Source of the DNA: Gemmatimonadota bacterium
GTDB taxonomy: Bacteria; Gemmatimonadota; Gemmatimonadetes; Gemmatimonadales; Gemmatimonadaceae
DNA length: 62,970 nt
Direction of reading: 5' to 3'
Assembly: GCA_023249395.1 (NCBI GenBank)
Contig: JAHFCS010000001.1
Coordinates: 1 to 62,970, forward strand
Positions 20,028 through 30,821 of the stretch are shown piece after piece; the stretch's first letter is position 1; every line of letters begins with the position of its first letter. The notes under the pieces are model-generated. The model was not told the origin of the DNA and ran no database searches. It saw nothing but the letters and a program-made list of their open reading frames with translations. The position numbers and the translations under genes were made by a program.

Positions 20028-21155
20028 GTGGATCCGCGGGAACAGTCGCCAGTCTCGGTGTTGCATGTCGACACGGAGCGCGGGTGGCGCGGCGGCCAGC
20101 GTCAGGTTCTCTGGCTCGTCGAAGCATTGATGCGTTCGGGGCATCATTGCATCATTGCCGCGCGCCCTGGTGAGCCTCTCGCCCTCCGCGCGGCGGAACG
20201 CGGAATCCGCGTGGTTCCCTGCTCACCTCGGTGGGAGTTTGACGGCTTGGCCATTGCTCAGCTCTCGCGATTCGTTCGCCGAGAGCGCATCCAGGTGGTC
20301 CATGCTCATACAGCTCATGCCGCGTCGATCGCCCTGTTTTGCGGACGGAACGCGAAGCTGGTCATTACCAGACGTGTAGACTTCACCCTCCAACCGAACT
20401 GGCTGTCACGCCTCAAGTACCGCCGCGCCGCCGCCATTATCGCCATTTCGGAAGCGGTCGCTGAGGCGCTTGCCGCGAGCGAGGTCGATCCCGCGCGGAT
20501 CGAAGTAATTCCGAGCGGAGTGGATCTGAGCCGTCCTCTCCCTCGACCCGACGGTGAAACGGTGCGTCGGCTCGGAATTCCCGAAGGCGCCCCACTGGTC
20601 GTGATGGTCGCCGCACTGGCAGAACACAAAGATCCCGCGACATTCGTGTCCGCGATGAAAACCGTCGTCGATGCGATCCCCAGCGCTCATGCACTGTTGA
20701 TTGGGGAAGGACCGCTGCGTTCTGTCGTCGAACGATCGATCGAACAACTGGGTCTCGCGAACAATGTCCATCTCGCGGGATATCGCCCCGACGTTGATGC
20801 GCTCATGGCGACAGCAGACGTGGTCGTGCTGAGCTCTCGGCAGGAAGGACTGGGCACCGTGTTGATCGACGCCCTGTGGATGGGCAAGGCGGTTGCGGCC
20901 ACACGCGCCGGCGGAATTCCGGAAATCGTAGAGGATGGAAAATGCGGACTCCTCTCTCCCCCTGAGGACGCAGCCGCGCTTGGCCGTTCGATTATCCGCC
21001 TGCTCGGCGACAGTGCGCTCCGCGCACGCTTCGGCGCTGCAGGTCGCGCGCGCGCCGAGATGTTCTCCATCGAGCGAACGGCCAGCTGCACAGCACTGGT
21101 TTACCAGCGAGTCGCTCCTGTCGCCGCTTACTTGAGGAATCGCTCCGCGAGCTGA
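20028..21155 (+). CDS. Glycosyltransferase family 4
   Basis: VLHVDTERGWRGGQRQ, HAH, EGLGTVLIDA, GGIPE. Start approximate. Confidence 0.9.
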   Translation: MDPREQSPVSVLHVDTERGWRGGQRQVLWLVEALMRSGHHCIIAARPGEPLALRAAERGIRVVPCSPRWEFDGLAIAQLSRFVRRERIQVVHAHTAHAASIALFCGRNAKLVITRRVDFTLQPNWLSRLKYRRAAAIIAISEAVAEALAASEVDPARIEVIPSGVDLSRPLPRPDGETVRRLGIPEGAPLVVMVAALAEHKDPATFVSAMKTVVDAIPSAHALLIGEGPLRSVVERSIEQLGLANNVHLAGYRPDVDALMATADVVVLSSRQEGLGTVLIDALWMGKAVAATRAGGIPEIVEDGKCGLLSPPEDAAALGRSIIRLLGDSALRARFGAAGRARAEMFSIERTASCTALVYQRVAPVAAYLRNRSAS

Positions 21156-21403
21156 ATCAGACGCTCGTCGCTCTTGCTCCGTGCGCGCTCGAGAATACGC
21201 TCGACGTGCGGTTTGAGGCGAGCTTCGCCCCAATAGTACCCTGTGGCCATCTCGGCACTTCCGGTCTGGCCGTCACGCGCCGCGTCGAGCAGCGCTTCGG
21301 CTGCTGCTTCGTCGTACGCAGGGTGATCTCGCGCCGGCAGCGTGAATCTGCGTGACGGATCGCCCCACGAAGCGCCATCCTCCTTGACAAAGGCTCTCGA
21401 CAT
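21128..21403 (-). CDS. Small hypothetical protein starting MSRAFVKED
   Basis: 91-aa ORF directly downstream of the AKR gene on the same strand. Confidence 0.65.
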   Translation of the reverse strand: MSRAFVKEDGASWGDPSRRFTLPARDHPAYDEAAAEALLDAARDGQTGSAEMATGYYWGEARLKPHVERILERARSKSDERLIQLAERFLK

Positions 21404-21416
21404 CTGAAGTGACCGC

Positions 21417-22391
21417 TTAGTGACCCTTTACCGGGTGTGGTTTGTACGGCGCCTCGAGCGTCGTAATCTGTTCGTCGGTGAGCTTTACTTCCAACGCTCG
21501 CACAGCGCTTTCAATATGCTCAAGCTTAGTCGCTCCAATTATCGGAGCGGCAACTGCCCGCCTCGACAGCAGCCATCCGAGCGCCACTTCTCCCGGCGCC
21601 ATACCGATCGCCTCGGCGACCTTTCTCACCGCCTGCACGACCTCTAGATCACCAGGCGAATCGTACAGGTCGACGGCGTACTGATCGTTCGCCGCGCGCA
21701 CTGTGCCTTCGGTCGGTGACGGCGTCGTCCTCGCCAGTCTACCGCGCGCGAGCGGTGACCAGGGAATCAAGCCAATCCCTTCGGCGACGCAAACCGGAAT
21801 CATCTCACGCTCTTCTTCGCGATAGATGAGGTTGTAGTGATTCTGCATCGATACGAATCGAGCCCAGCCGTTACGCTCTGAAACACTGAGCGACTTCGCC
21901 ATCTGCCAGGCGTAGCCGGAGCTCGCCCCGATGTACCGCACCTTGCCCTGATGAACGAGATGATCGAGCGCTCCCAGCGTCTCCTCGATCGGAACGGTGC
22001 TCTTGAATCGGTGGATCTGGTAGAGATCGATCGTCTCCACTCCCAGGCGCGTGAGGCTTGCCTCACATGCCTGGACGATGTGCTTGCGCGACAGGCCGCC
22101 CATGTTCGGGCCATCACCCATGGGGAAGTGAACCTTCGTGGCGAGGACGATCTCTTCCATCTTCGCCATCTCTCGCAGTGCGCGTCCCGTCACTTCCTCG
22201 CTAACGCCCATTGAGTACATGTCGGCGGTGTCGAAGAAGTTGATCCCGAGATCGAGGGCCTTCCTGTAGAATGGACGTGCATCGGCCTCGTCGAGAACCC
22301 ACGGCCGCCATTTCGAGCTGCCGTAGCTCATGCACCCGAGACAAATTCGGGAGACCATCAGGCCGCTGCTGCCGAGTTGCGTGTATTGCAT
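21417..22391 (-). CDS. Aldo/keto reductase (YajO-like)
   Basis: MQYTQLGSSGLMVSRICLGCMSYG, DTADMYS, MQNHYNLIYREEERE. Confidence 0.93.
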   Translation of the reverse strand: MQYTQLGSSGLMVSRICLGCMSYGSSKWRPWVLDEADARPFYRKALDLGINFFDTADMYSMGVSEEVTGRALREMAKMEEIVLATKVHFPMGDGPNMGGLSRKHIVQACEASLTRLGVETIDLYQIHRFKSTVPIEETLGALDHLVHQGKVRYIGASSGYAWQMAKSLSVSERNGWARFVSMQNHYNLIYREEEREMIPVCVAEGIGLIPWSPLARGRLARTTPSPTEGTVRAANDQYAVDLYDSPGDLEVVQAVRKVAEAIGMAPGEVALGWLLSRRAVAAPIIGATKLEHIESAVRALEVKLTDEQITTLEAPYKPHPVKGH

Positions 22392-22455
22392 ATGACAGGA
22401 TGCTATCCGTTGACTGGTTGCCTTCGCAAGAACGCGAGGCATACTTTGAGCCGCA

Positions 22456-23232
22456 ATGAAATTCCCCGGCCGTCCAGGTCTTCTGCTGGCATTCCCGGCT
22501 ATCGCGTCGGTCGGGTCGGGACAGGTTCAATCTGCACCACGCACAATTCTCGCTGTCGGCGCCCACGCCGGTGACATGGAGCTCACCGCCGGCCCGCTCC
22601 TGATTCACCAGAAGAAGCGTGGGGATCGCATCGTGATTCTCCACATGACCCTCGGCGAAGGTGGTAATCCTCGTCTTTCACCGACGGCTTACGGAAATCA
22701 GAAACGAAAAGAGGCGCTGGCCGCCGATTCGGCCATCGGCGCGGAGACCATCTTCGCTCCCTACAAGGACGGCGAGATCCCCAACGACGATGCGGCGCGG
22801 CGCTATGTTGCCGACATAATCCGTCAGGTGAAGCCTGTCTATGTCGTGACACACTGGCAGAAGAGCATCCACAAAGACCACTCTGCCACCAGCGCGATCG
22901 TTCAGGATGCGGTTCTCCTGGCGTCGCTCCCCGGGGTCGAGACGGCGCATCCGGCACATCGCGGGATTCGTGGAATCTTCTACGCCGACAACTGGGAGGA
23001 CGCCGAAGACTTCAAGCCATTCGTCTACGTTGATGTCAGCGACGACATGCTTCAGTGGCGGGGTGCGGTGTCGAAGTACGAATTCGTTCGCGGCGGGATT
23101 TCGTCCTTCCACTACCTCGATTACTACGACGCCCTCTCCATTGTTCACGGGGCAGTCGCCGGGAAGCACCGTGCCGTGAGCTTCGACATCGACAGCTTCG
23201 GGAAGCGCCGCGTCCTCGATGCGCTTCCCTGA
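22456..23232 (+). CDS. PIG-L/CE14 family deacetylase, probably exported
   Basis: VGAHAGDME (variant of HPDD), TLGEGG, HKDH, VDVS. Confidence 0.82.
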   Translation: MKFPGRPGLLLAFPAIASVGSGQVQSAPRTILAVGAHAGDMELTAGPLLIHQKKRGDRIVILHMTLGEGGNPRLSPTAYGNQKRKEALAADSAIGAETIFAPYKDGEIPNDDAARRYVADIIRQVKPVYVVTHWQKSIHKDHSATSAIVQDAVLLASLPGVETAHPAHRGIRGIFYADNWEDAEDFKPFVYVDVSDDMLQWRGAVSKYEFVRGGISSFHYLDYYDALSIVHGAVAGKHRAVSFDIDSFGKRRVLDALP

Positions 23233-23236
23233 CCCG

Positions 23237-25015
23237 ATGTTGCTCCGTCGCACGCTGACACTGTTCGGCGCCTGTGCAACACTGGGATCGGCTCAGGCTC
23301 AGACTCCTGCCGTGCGAAGCTTCATCCGCGTGAACCAGCTCGGCTATTTGCCCGGCGCGCCGAAGACAGCCATCGTCTGTTCGCTGGATTCAACGTCGAT
23401 CAAGTCGTTCACGATCCAGGATGCGTCGGGCCACGTTGTGTTCGGCCCTCGGCTGGCGATAAGCAGCGGACCGTTCGGGCCTTGCGCGTCGACGCATCGC
23501 CTCGATTTCTCGGTGCTCAGGGCTAGCGGGCGGTACACGATCGCCGCCGGCGGCACGACCTCGCCACCGGTTCGTATCGACCCGAATGCTTATGCCGGTG
23601 CCGCCGATACACTCCTCTACTACATGCGCGAGCAGCGCTCCGGCTTCAATCCACTCATCAGGGATTCGGTTCATCGGCATGACGGCCTCATCGTCGATCA
23701 CCCGACGCGAACCGGTGAGTTCATCGATGTCTCCGGTGGATGGGCTGATGCGTCCGATTATCTCCAGTACGTTACGACTTCGGCGAATGCGACATTCGTC
23801 ATGCTGATGGCCTATCGGGACAACCCACGTGCGTTCGCCGACAACTTCGCCGCCAATGGACTTCCCGGTTCTAACGGCATTCCCGACGTACTCGACGAAG
23901 CCCGGCATGGTCTCGACTGGCTGCTTCGCATGTATCCCGGGGGCGATGACATGTTCAATCAGATCGCCGACGACCGCGACCACCGGTATTGGGATCTTCC
24001 TTGGACGGATTCCGCGGACTACGGATGGGGCCACGGAAAGGAGCGTCCGGTCTACCCTTGCACCGGCAAGCCACAGGGCTTGATAAAGGCGAAGAACAGA
24101 TCGACTGGATATGCCTCCACGGCTGGCAAGTACGTGGCCGCCTTCGGGCTCGGAGCTTCAGTATTTTCGAAGCGAGACTCGTCTTATGCCGCCACTCTCC
24201 GCCAACGCGGCCTCGCCGCGTATCGCCTCGGCCGGATTCACGAGGGAGTTTGCCAGACCGCGCCCGGGGGCCAGCCGTACTTCTATGAGGAGGACGACTG
24301 GCGCGACGACATGGAGCTCGGCGCTGCTTCGTTGATCGACGCGACGGGCGAGCTGCACTATCTCGGCGATGCGCTTCTCTACGCACGACAGGAACCGGTC
24401 ACTCCGTGGATGGGGAAAGACACCGCGCGACATTACCAGTGGTATCCCTGGCATAACAACGGACACTACGAGGCGTGGCGACACGGATCAGCCGGTGAGC
24501 GTTCACAGCTTACGAGCTTTTACCGTCGAGGACTCGCTGCCGTTGTTGGTCGCGCGAACAACGGATTTCGTGTCGGCATTCCCTTCATCTGGTGCTCCAA
24601 CGATCTGATGGCGAGCTTCGCGACCCAGGCGTACCTCTACCGCCGGATGACTGGCGACAATCGCTTTCGCGAGTACGAAGCGGCTGCGCTCGACTGGCTC
24701 CTTGGCGCCAATCCCTGGGGCATTTCGATGATCATCGGCCTTCCACAGTCTGGCAATTACGCCCGCGATCCCCATTCGGTGATTGCCAAGGAGCTCAAGC
24801 TGCAGCTCACCGGAGGGCTGATAGATGGACCAGTGTATCGATCCATCTACCAGAATCTTCTCTTCATCAGTCTTCACGACCCCGACGAGTATGCCGCATT
24901 CAACACCGGATTCATCGTTTATCACGACGACATCGGCGACTACTCCACCAACGAGCCAATCATGGACGGTACCGCGAATCTCGCTTACCTGTTCGCTGCA
25001 ATGACACGGCGGTAA
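23237..25015 (+). CDS. Glycoside hydrolase family 9, secreted
   Basis: Signal peptide, IRVNQLGY Ig-like N-domain, GGWADASDY, C-terminal DYSTNEP. Confidence 0.9.
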   Translation: MLLRRTLTLFGACATLGSAQAQTPAVRSFIRVNQLGYLPGAPKTAIVCSLDSTSIKSFTIQDASGHVVFGPRLAISSGPFGPCASTHRLDFSVLRASGRYTIAAGGTTSPPVRIDPNAYAGAADTLLYYMREQRSGFNPLIRDSVHRHDGLIVDHPTRTGEFIDVSGGWADASDYLQYVTTSANATFVMLMAYRDNPRAFADNFAANGLPGSNGIPDVLDEARHGLDWLLRMYPGGDDMFNQIADDRDHRYWDLPWTDSADYGWGHGKERPVYPCTGKPQGLIKAKNRSTGYASTAGKYVAAFGLGASVFSKRDSSYAATLRQRGLAAYRLGRIHEGVCQTAPGGQPYFYEEDDWRDDMELGAASLIDATGELHYLGDALLYARQEPVTPWMGKDTARHYQWYPWHNNGHYEAWRHGSAGERSQLTSFYRRGLAAVVGRANNGFRVGIPFIWCSNDLMASFATQAYLYRRMTGDNRFREYEAAALDWLLGANPWGISMIIGLPQSGNYARDPHSVIAKELKLQLTGGLIDGPVYRSIYQNLLFISLHDPDEYAAFNTGFIVYHDDIGDYSTNEPIMDGTANLAYLFAAMTRR

Positions 25016-25024
25016 CGCCGGCGC

Positions 25025-25906
25025 GTGCCCGAGCTCCCGGACATCACCATCTACATCGAGGCGCTCGAGCAGCGCATCGTCGGACACACCCTCCACCGTA
25101 TCCGCATTGCGAACCCCTTCCTTGTCCGCTCCGTAGATCCGCCCATTGCCGGGGCAGCGGGGAGGCGCGTGACGGCGATTCAGCGAATCGGGAAGCGTAT
25201 CGCAATCGGCTTCGACAACGATCTCTGGATCGTGATCCATCTCATGATCGCCGGTCGTTTTCGCTGGCTGGCCGCAGGAGCGAAGATCCCGGGAAAACTG
25301 GGATTGGCCGCTTTCGATTTCGACAACGGCTCGCTGATTCTCACCGAAGCAGGGTCCACTCGACGTGCGTCTCTGAATGTCGTGAAAGGCGAAGCGGCAC
25401 TACGAGAGATCGACCGCGGTGGACTCGAGCCGCTTAAATGTTCTCCCGACGAATTTTCCACCCGGCTTACCAGCGAAAACCACACGCTTAAACGCGCACT
25501 CACCGACCCAACACTGTTCAGCGGAATAGGCAACGCCTACTCCGACGAGATTCTCCATCGTGCGCGCCTTTCACCTCTCAAGCTCACCAGCCGCCTCACA
25601 GCAGCGGAAGTCGCGAGACTCTTCGGCGCGACACGCGAGACGCTTGTCGATTGGATTGCGCGACTTCGTGCCGATACAGGCAATGACTTCCCCGCGAAAG
25701 TCACCGCCTTTCGCGAAAGAATGGCCGTCCATGGACAATACGGAAAGCCGTGCCCTGTTTGCTCGACTCCGGTGCAGCGGATCCGCTACGCGAGCAATGA
25801 GACCAACTATTGCCCACGTTGTCAGACCGAGGGAAGGTTGCTCGCGGACCGCGCGCTGTCGCGTCTTCTCAAGCAGGATTGGCCCCGGTCGATCGACGAA
25901 CTCTGA
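25025..25906 (+). CDS. Fpg/Nei family DNA glycosylase/AP lyase
   Basis: N-terminal PELPD, HLMIAG, H2[14 protein letters not shown], zinc finger CPVC..CPRCQ. Confidence 0.92.
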   Translation: MPELPDITIYIEALEQRIVGHTLHRIRIANPFLVRSVDPPIAGAAGRRVTAIQRIGKRIAIGFDNDLWIVIHLMIAGRFRWLAAGAKIPGKLGLAAFDFDNGSLILTEAGSTRRASLNVVKGEAALREIDRGGLEPLKCSPDEFSTRLTSENHTLKRALTDPTLFSGIGNAYSDEILHRARLSPLKLTSRLTAAEVARLFGATRETLVDWIARLRADTGNDFPAKVTAFRERMAVHGQYGKPCPVCSTPVQRIRYASNETNYCPRCQTEGRLLADRALSRLLKQDWPRSIDEL

Positions 25907-25912
25907 CGGGGC

Positions 25913-26725
25913 CTACTGAGTCGGGGCGCCCTTCAGCGACAGGTCGAAGCGAAGCGTGGCGAGCGATTGTCCACCGTCACATACCATCACGGTGCCGGTA
26001 ATGAACCGCGCTGCATCAGAGCAGAGGAAAAGTGCGAGATCTGCTATTTCACTCTTCTCCGCGAATCGCCCCAGTGGAATCATCTTCATCAGATACGTGC
26101 GCGCTTTGTCGGTGGGTGCGAGCCTGCGCATGCCCTCGGTGTCGTCCACTGCACCAGGAGCAATGGAGTTGACCCTCACGCCCTCCGTTCCCCACTCCAG
26201 TGCGAGCGTCCTCGTGAGCATATCCACGCCAGCTTTCGCCGCACAGACGTGCGCTTGCATCATCATCGGTATGAATGCCTGCGTCGCCGAGATATTGATG
26301 ATGGATGCCCCTGGACGCTTCAGGTGCTCGAAGACCGCACGACAGGTGTTGAAAGTGCCCAGCAGATCGATATCCACCACTGACTTGAACCCATTGGCAG
26401 ACATGCCGAGCACTGGCGCGGGGAAATTTCCCGCCGCGCCACAGACGACAATGTCGATCGCACCGAGCTTATCCCGAACAGCTGCGATAGCGCCGGCAAG
26501 AGCATCGTAGTTTCTAACATCAGCCGCGAATCCAACGGCGGCGGCTCCGCGCATGGCAATGCTTGCGGCCGCTGCGTCGAGCTTCTCCTGCGTTCGGCCG
26601 ATCAATCCCACCTTCGCTCCGTGCTCCGCAAATCGCTCAGCGATCGCGAGATTGATTCCGCTGCCACCTCCGGTAACGAGCGCGACTTTGCCCGCGAGCT
26701 GTCCCTCACGAAATGCCGACGTCAT
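25913..26725 (-). CDS. SDR oxidoreductase (2,4-dienoyl-CoA reductase-like)
   Basis: TGGGSGI, GAAGNF, HVCAAKAGVD, DGG. Confidence 0.9.
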   Translation of the reverse strand: MTSAFREGQLAGKVALVTGGGSGINLAIAERFAEHGAKVGLIGRTQEKLDAAAASIAMRGAAAVGFAADVRNYDALAGAIAAVRDKLGAIDIVVCGAAGNFPAPVLGMSANGFKSVVDIDLLGTFNTCRAVFEHLKRPGASIINISATQAFIPMMMQAHVCAAKAGVDMLTRTLALEWGTEGVRVNSIAPGAVDDTEGMRRLAPTDKARTYLMKMIPLGRFAEKSEIADLALFLCSDAARFITGTVMVCDGGQSLATLRFDLSLKGAPTQ

Positions 26726-27945
26726 TCATCTGCTCCGGATAACTGTTTGCCAATCTTTCGTGGTGTAATTCTCTGTTGTCTCGATTTTCCCTCGTGCCTG
26801 CTTCGTTGAATGACTGGAGCGCTCCCCCGTGCGAACATTTCCTCAGCGGCCATTGTTGAGATCCTCTCGAGCGCTTCGCGATCCAGCGAGAGAACGACGC
26901 CCCTGCCTGTAACTCTCTCTTGCAGCAGGCCGGCGGACCGGAGAAGGTGAACATGATGGGAGATCGTTGCCTTCGACACTCCGAACGCTTTTGCCAGCTC
27001 GACAGAGGTCCGTGGTGACTGGGCAAGCAGGAAAGCCATCGCGTAGCGCGTCGTATCGCCGAGTGCCCGGAACCCAAGCGCGGGAACAGTGTCGCTGGCG
27101 TGGGCCTCTAGAAGTCCCGGACTGAAAATCGGGAAGTACAGTCGTACCATATCTGTCTTTTCATCCGCGTATGCACCCCAGAATCGGGCGTTGTTGAACG
27201 CCGACGGAATGAGATGGATCTCGCGCACCGCTTGATAGGAAAACTTGGTGGCTCCCCGAAGAGCGGTCACGGTCTTTTTGCGGTCGTCGAATGCGACGGG
27301 AAGCTTGATCTCGCGAGCAAACGCCGAAAAGGAACGGCTCTCGAGCGTCCTTTGCATCTGCTTGACTACTCGCTTCATACGTGGATGCAGCAGCTTCCAA
27401 TTGTCCTTGAAGGCAGATTCCCAAAACACCTCGAGAGCATGAGAAAGATCTGCGCGATAATCGCCTGGCTCGGTGATGATTCTGTTGAACGCACCGGCTT
27501 CGGCGCTCGATCGGTCGAAGGGATCAAGCCCCATCAGCGCGAGAAGCGCGCTGCCTGCTTCGGATTCAGAGCGCACCGCATCAGCCAGCGACTGCTCGCC
27601 GGCAACAAGAGACTCTACTGTTCCACTGCCCCGAAAGACTCCATCAAGAATCGCCCGCTGGAATGAGGAGTCATCCAGTGATTCGAGCGCATCGAGGATC
27701 CCCGTGAAATCAGGATCCGACCTGGCATCCCGAAGCGTGTCCGCGAGGAGTGCCCACATTATCGGGCGGGGGGCCACTCGCTCGACACTGCTCCCGAAAG
27801 TACTGGGCAGAAGCCGGGCTGTCTCGTTTCTCCATGCTGCAGTTGCCTCTCCCTTCTCTCCGAGCGCCCGGAGCGCATAGAAAATTTCGAAGCGCGGGGT
27901 GACCTCGAATCGGACGACCGAACGGGGAGAAATTCTGCCGGGCAT
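26722..27945 (-). CDS. ArsR-family wHTH regulator with large N-terminal domain (DUF5937-like)
   Basis: C-terminal FRALGDTTR...ELAKAFGVSKATISHHVHLLRSAGL. ATGA overlap with the SDR gene. Confidence 0.82.
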   Translation of the reverse strand: MPGRISPRSVVRFEVTPRFEIFYALRALGEKGEATAAWRNETARLLPSTFGSSVERVAPRPIMWALLADTLRDARSDPDFTGILDALESLDDSSFQRAILDGVFRGSGTVESLVAGEQSLADAVRSESEAGSALLALMGLDPFDRSSAEAGAFNRIITEPGDYRADLSHALEVFWESAFKDNWKLLHPRMKRVVKQMQRTLESRSFSAFAREIKLPVAFDDRKKTVTALRGATKFSYQAVREIHLIPSAFNNARFWGAYADEKTDMVRLYFPIFSPGLLEAHASDTVPALGFRALGDTTRYAMAFLLAQSPRTSVELAKAFGVSKATISHHVHLLRSAGLLQERVTGRGVVLSLDREALERISTMAAEEMFARGSAPVIQRSRHEGKSRQQRITPRKIGKQLSGADE

Positions 27946-27950
27946 TTTGG

Positions 27951-27966
27951 TTAGATACTAGTCTAA
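27951..27966. promoter_or_regulatory. Putative operator palindrome TTAGA-N6-TCTAA
   Basis: AT-rich inverted repeat 5 nt upstream of the ArsR start codon. Confidence 0.5.
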
Positions 27967-28064
27967 TCATACCCGCGCAAGGTCCTTTCGGGCGGTTCGG
28001 CCGGGCACAAGGGATGCGGCAGCAACGCTCCTGCAGGTCGAAGTGAGCACCAGCCCAAGCCCTC

Positions 28065-29420
28065 ATGCACCTGATCTATCGTTCGCTGTACTCCAGCTTC
28101 GCTCTTCTCGGAACGACGGTCGCCGCGTGTGCAACGACGACTCCGGGCGGGAGCAGCGCAGGATCGAATGACACTCCGCCCGCCACCTTCAATGCGGTCG
28201 CTTCCCGGCCCTGCCCGGCAGACCAGGGCGGTCTGCGACTGCCACCGGGTTTCTGCGCCACAATTTTCGCTGACAGTGTTGGCGCCGCGCGACACCTCGT
28301 CGTTGCCGCCAACGGTGACGTCTTCGTCAATCTCCAGGCGACGCGCAGAGGCCCGATCGCCTCCATCCCCGCAGGTCAGATAGCTCTTCGCGATACCGAC
28401 GGAGATGGTCGTGCCGATGTGAAGGAAAGGTTTGGCAGCGCGGGCGGCACCGGCATCGCCCTCCATCACGGTTTCCTGTACGCTGACCTCGGCACGTCGA
28501 TTGTTCGCTATCCGCTCCAATCTGGACAGCTTCGGCCGAGCGGTCCAGCGGAAGTCGTCGTCTCGGGAATACCGGGACAGCCCGGTCATATCTCGCGGAA
28601 TCTCGCGATCGCCTCTGACGGAACGATGTACGTCAACTTCGGATCGCCGAGTAACGCCTGCCAGTTGAAGGATCGGTCTCCAGAGTCGCCCGGCAAGGAA
28701 GACTGCCCTGAGTTGATGACTCGCGCCGGAATCTGGAAGTTCGACGCAAATGTTCTCGGACAGACTCCGTCGATCGATTCACGATACGCTAGCGGTGTTC
28801 GCAATGCTGTCGCAATGACGCTGGATCCCATGGGTGGACGACTGTACGCGGCCCCCAACGGTCGTGATCAGCTTTCACAGAACTGGCCGTCGCTTTTCAC
28901 GCCAGAGCAGAACGCCGAGCTGCCCGCGGAGATACTGATCGAGATTTCGAAGGGTGACGACTTTGGCTGGCCGTACTGTTACTACGATGGCAAGACCAAG
29001 CAATACAAGCTCGGGCCGGAGTATGGCGGCAACGGCACGACGATCGGCCGTTGCGGACAACTGAAGGCGCCGCTTTATGCCTTCCCCGCTCACTGGGCAC
29101 CGCTGTCCGTCCTCTTCTACACGGGCTCGCACTTCCCCGCAAAGTATCGCAACGGCATTTTCGTCGCGTTCCATGGATCGTGGAACCGTGCACCTCTTCC
29201 ACAGGGTGGATTCAACATCGTGTATCTGCCGTTTCGCACTGGCCACGCAACGGGCGATTTCGAGCTTTTCGCCGACGGATTTTCGATTGAGAATCCCCCG
29301 CCGAACGGAGCCGCACACAGACCTGTTGGTCTCGCGCAGGGGCAGGATGGAGCACTCTACATCAGCGATGACTTTGGCGGCAGAATCTGGCGCGTGACCT
29401 GGTCGGGATCCGGTAGCTGA
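28065..29420 (+). CDS. PQQ-dependent sugar/sorbosone dehydrogenase family lipoprotein
   Basis: Lipobox VAAC, GVRNA, NGRD, FGWPYCY, AHWAP, AFHGSWNR, RPVGL. Confidence 0.88.
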   Translation: MHLIYRSLYSSFALLGTTVAACATTTPGGSSAGSNDTPPATFNAVASRPCPADQGGLRLPPGFCATIFADSVGAARHLVVAANGDVFVNLQATRRGPIASIPAGQIALRDTDGDGRADVKERFGSAGGTGIALHHGFLYADLGTSIVRYPLQSGQLRPSGPAEVVVSGIPGQPGHISRNLAIASDGTMYVNFGSPSNACQLKDRSPESPGKEDCPELMTRAGIWKFDANVLGQTPSIDSRYASGVRNAVAMTLDPMGGRLYAAPNGRDQLSQNWPSLFTPEQNAELPAEILIEISKGDDFGWPYCYYDGKTKQYKLGPEYGGNGTTIGRCGQLKAPLYAFPAHWAPLSVLFYTGSHFPAKYRNGIFVAFHGSWNRAPLPQGGFNIVYLPFRTGHATGDFELFADGFSIENPPPNGAAHRPVGLAQGQDGALYISDDFGGRIWRVTWSGSGS

Positions 29421-29456
29421 ATTTCGGCGATCCAGAGCTATCGGCTCCGGGCGCCA

Positions 29457-30821
29457 TTACTGTCTGCTCGTCGATGCCTCAACGCTGAAGATGCCATTCA
29501 AGGCGTCTATCTGGACGATTCCGGTTCTTCCGATGTCGCTGCCGAGAACACCGTCGAGGTTCACGACTGTCGACACTGCAGGAACGAAGACCAGCAGCTT
29601 CTGAAAAAGAATGGTCTTCCCGCGAAGCGCGAGCCGAAGGTCATTGATGAATCGTCCGCGGAATTCCCTCATCCCAGCAAAGCCGCCTACCCGCTTCCGT
29701 TCGCCGAGAAAGCTGCGAACTCTGATCTTATCGAGCATCCGCTCGCTCGCATACGTCTCCTGCGAGCCTGTGTCCAAACCAAGATGCAGCGGGATGCCAC
29801 CCGGTCCAATGAGGCGGACAATCGGCGTTCCCACCCAAAACAGATTTCGTGGACCGCTTCGCCCCGGTTCGGCTCGCACCGGTTTTGCCAGCCGGACGTT
29901 CCCCGCCTTGTAATCGACCTGCACGTTCAGCCGGCTGATGATGTCGAAGCCAATGATGCCATCGATCTTCATCGCGCCGGCCAGGTTGTCGATGTTCCCC
30001 GCCCGAACCTGCATCAACTCCTTTGCGACGATCATGGCGGTCGAGTTCACGATCGATATTCCGCCAATGTCGATGCGTTTGATCGCTGCCGGCTGAGCTG
30101 CAATCCTTCCTGTTGCCGTCGCTACTTCGAGGGTGTCTCTGACCAGAGGGGTTACGTCGCATTCTGCAGCCACGTCAGAGGCGACAATCGACATGCTGGA
30201 TCCGGTGTCGAGCCAGAAATGCAGCAGTTTGCCGTTGATCTGCACCGGGATTACCGGCGTCGCCGCAGCCGAAAGACTCAACGGCATGACGACGCGATTC
30301 GGCGGGAAAGTCAGGCTCCGGGTCGGAAGGTTCTTGAAAGCAGCAGCCCAGCGCTCCACGCCGGCTCGGTCGCGATCCAGAGAATCCGTTTCCGCTTGCC
30401 CCGTCGGGGCAATTTCGGCCAGCTCCTTCCACTTGTCCTGATACTGGAGAGTCGCAGTCAGCAAGATGTGCGACGCGGAGCGCACCATAGGGTCTTCCGT
30501 GTGGCGCCCGAGACTGTCGAACAGCAACTCTGCATCGTCAGGCTCTCCCGTCATGATCATCCGCAGCCCGTCTGCGAATTTCTGCTCGTCGGGAGTCGTC
30601 GGATGCCCCGCGGGGTAATCCGGATTGAGGTTCGTCATCGCCGCCCAGAAGGTTTTCGCCGGAGCCTGCTTGCGCATGCGAACCGGGACTCGGGTGGTGT
30701 CAAGCGTCAGAATCGCGGCGGTGTTGACTTCGATTGGCTTCGACGCACACCCTGCGCTCGCCAGAACAAGCGCACTGGCGATTCCTGCACGAAATGCCCT
30801 ACCGGCCAGGGTCAGGATCAC
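29457..30821 (-). CDS. Retropepsin-like aspartyl protease, two DTG domains, lipoprotein
   Basis: WLDTGSS and GLDTGSQ, DGIIG/DGVLG motifs, lipobox SAGC. Confidence 0.82.
   Translation of the reverse strand: MILTLAGRAFRAGIASALVLASAGCASKPIEVNTAAILTLDTTRVPVRMRKQAPAKTFWAAMTNLNPDYPAGHPTTPDEQKFADGLRMIMTGEPDDAELLFDSLGRHTEDPMVRSASHILLTATLQYQDKWKELAEIAPTGQAETDSLDRDRAGVERWAAAFKNLPTRSLTFPPNRVVMPLSLSAAATPVIPVQINGKLLHFWLDTGSSMSIVASDVAAECDVTPLVRDTLEVATATGRIAAQPAAIKRIDIGGISIVNSTAMIVAKELMQVRAGNIDNLAGAMKIDGIIGFDIISRLNVQVDYKAGNVRLAKPVRAEPGRSGPRNLFWVGTPIVRLIGPGGIPLHLGLDTGSQETYASERMLDKIRVRSFLGERKRVGGFAGMREFRGRFINDLRLALRGKTILFQKLLVFVPAVSTVVNLDGVLGSDIGRTGIVQIDALNGIFSVEASTSRQ

Noticed and set aside
28010-28040. Minus-strand CAGGAGCGTTGC resembling the SAH riboswitch core
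   Set aside because: The AGGCUC partner and the downstream CAACnnCGCUC pseudoknot strand are missing, and the adjacent genes are unrelated to SAH
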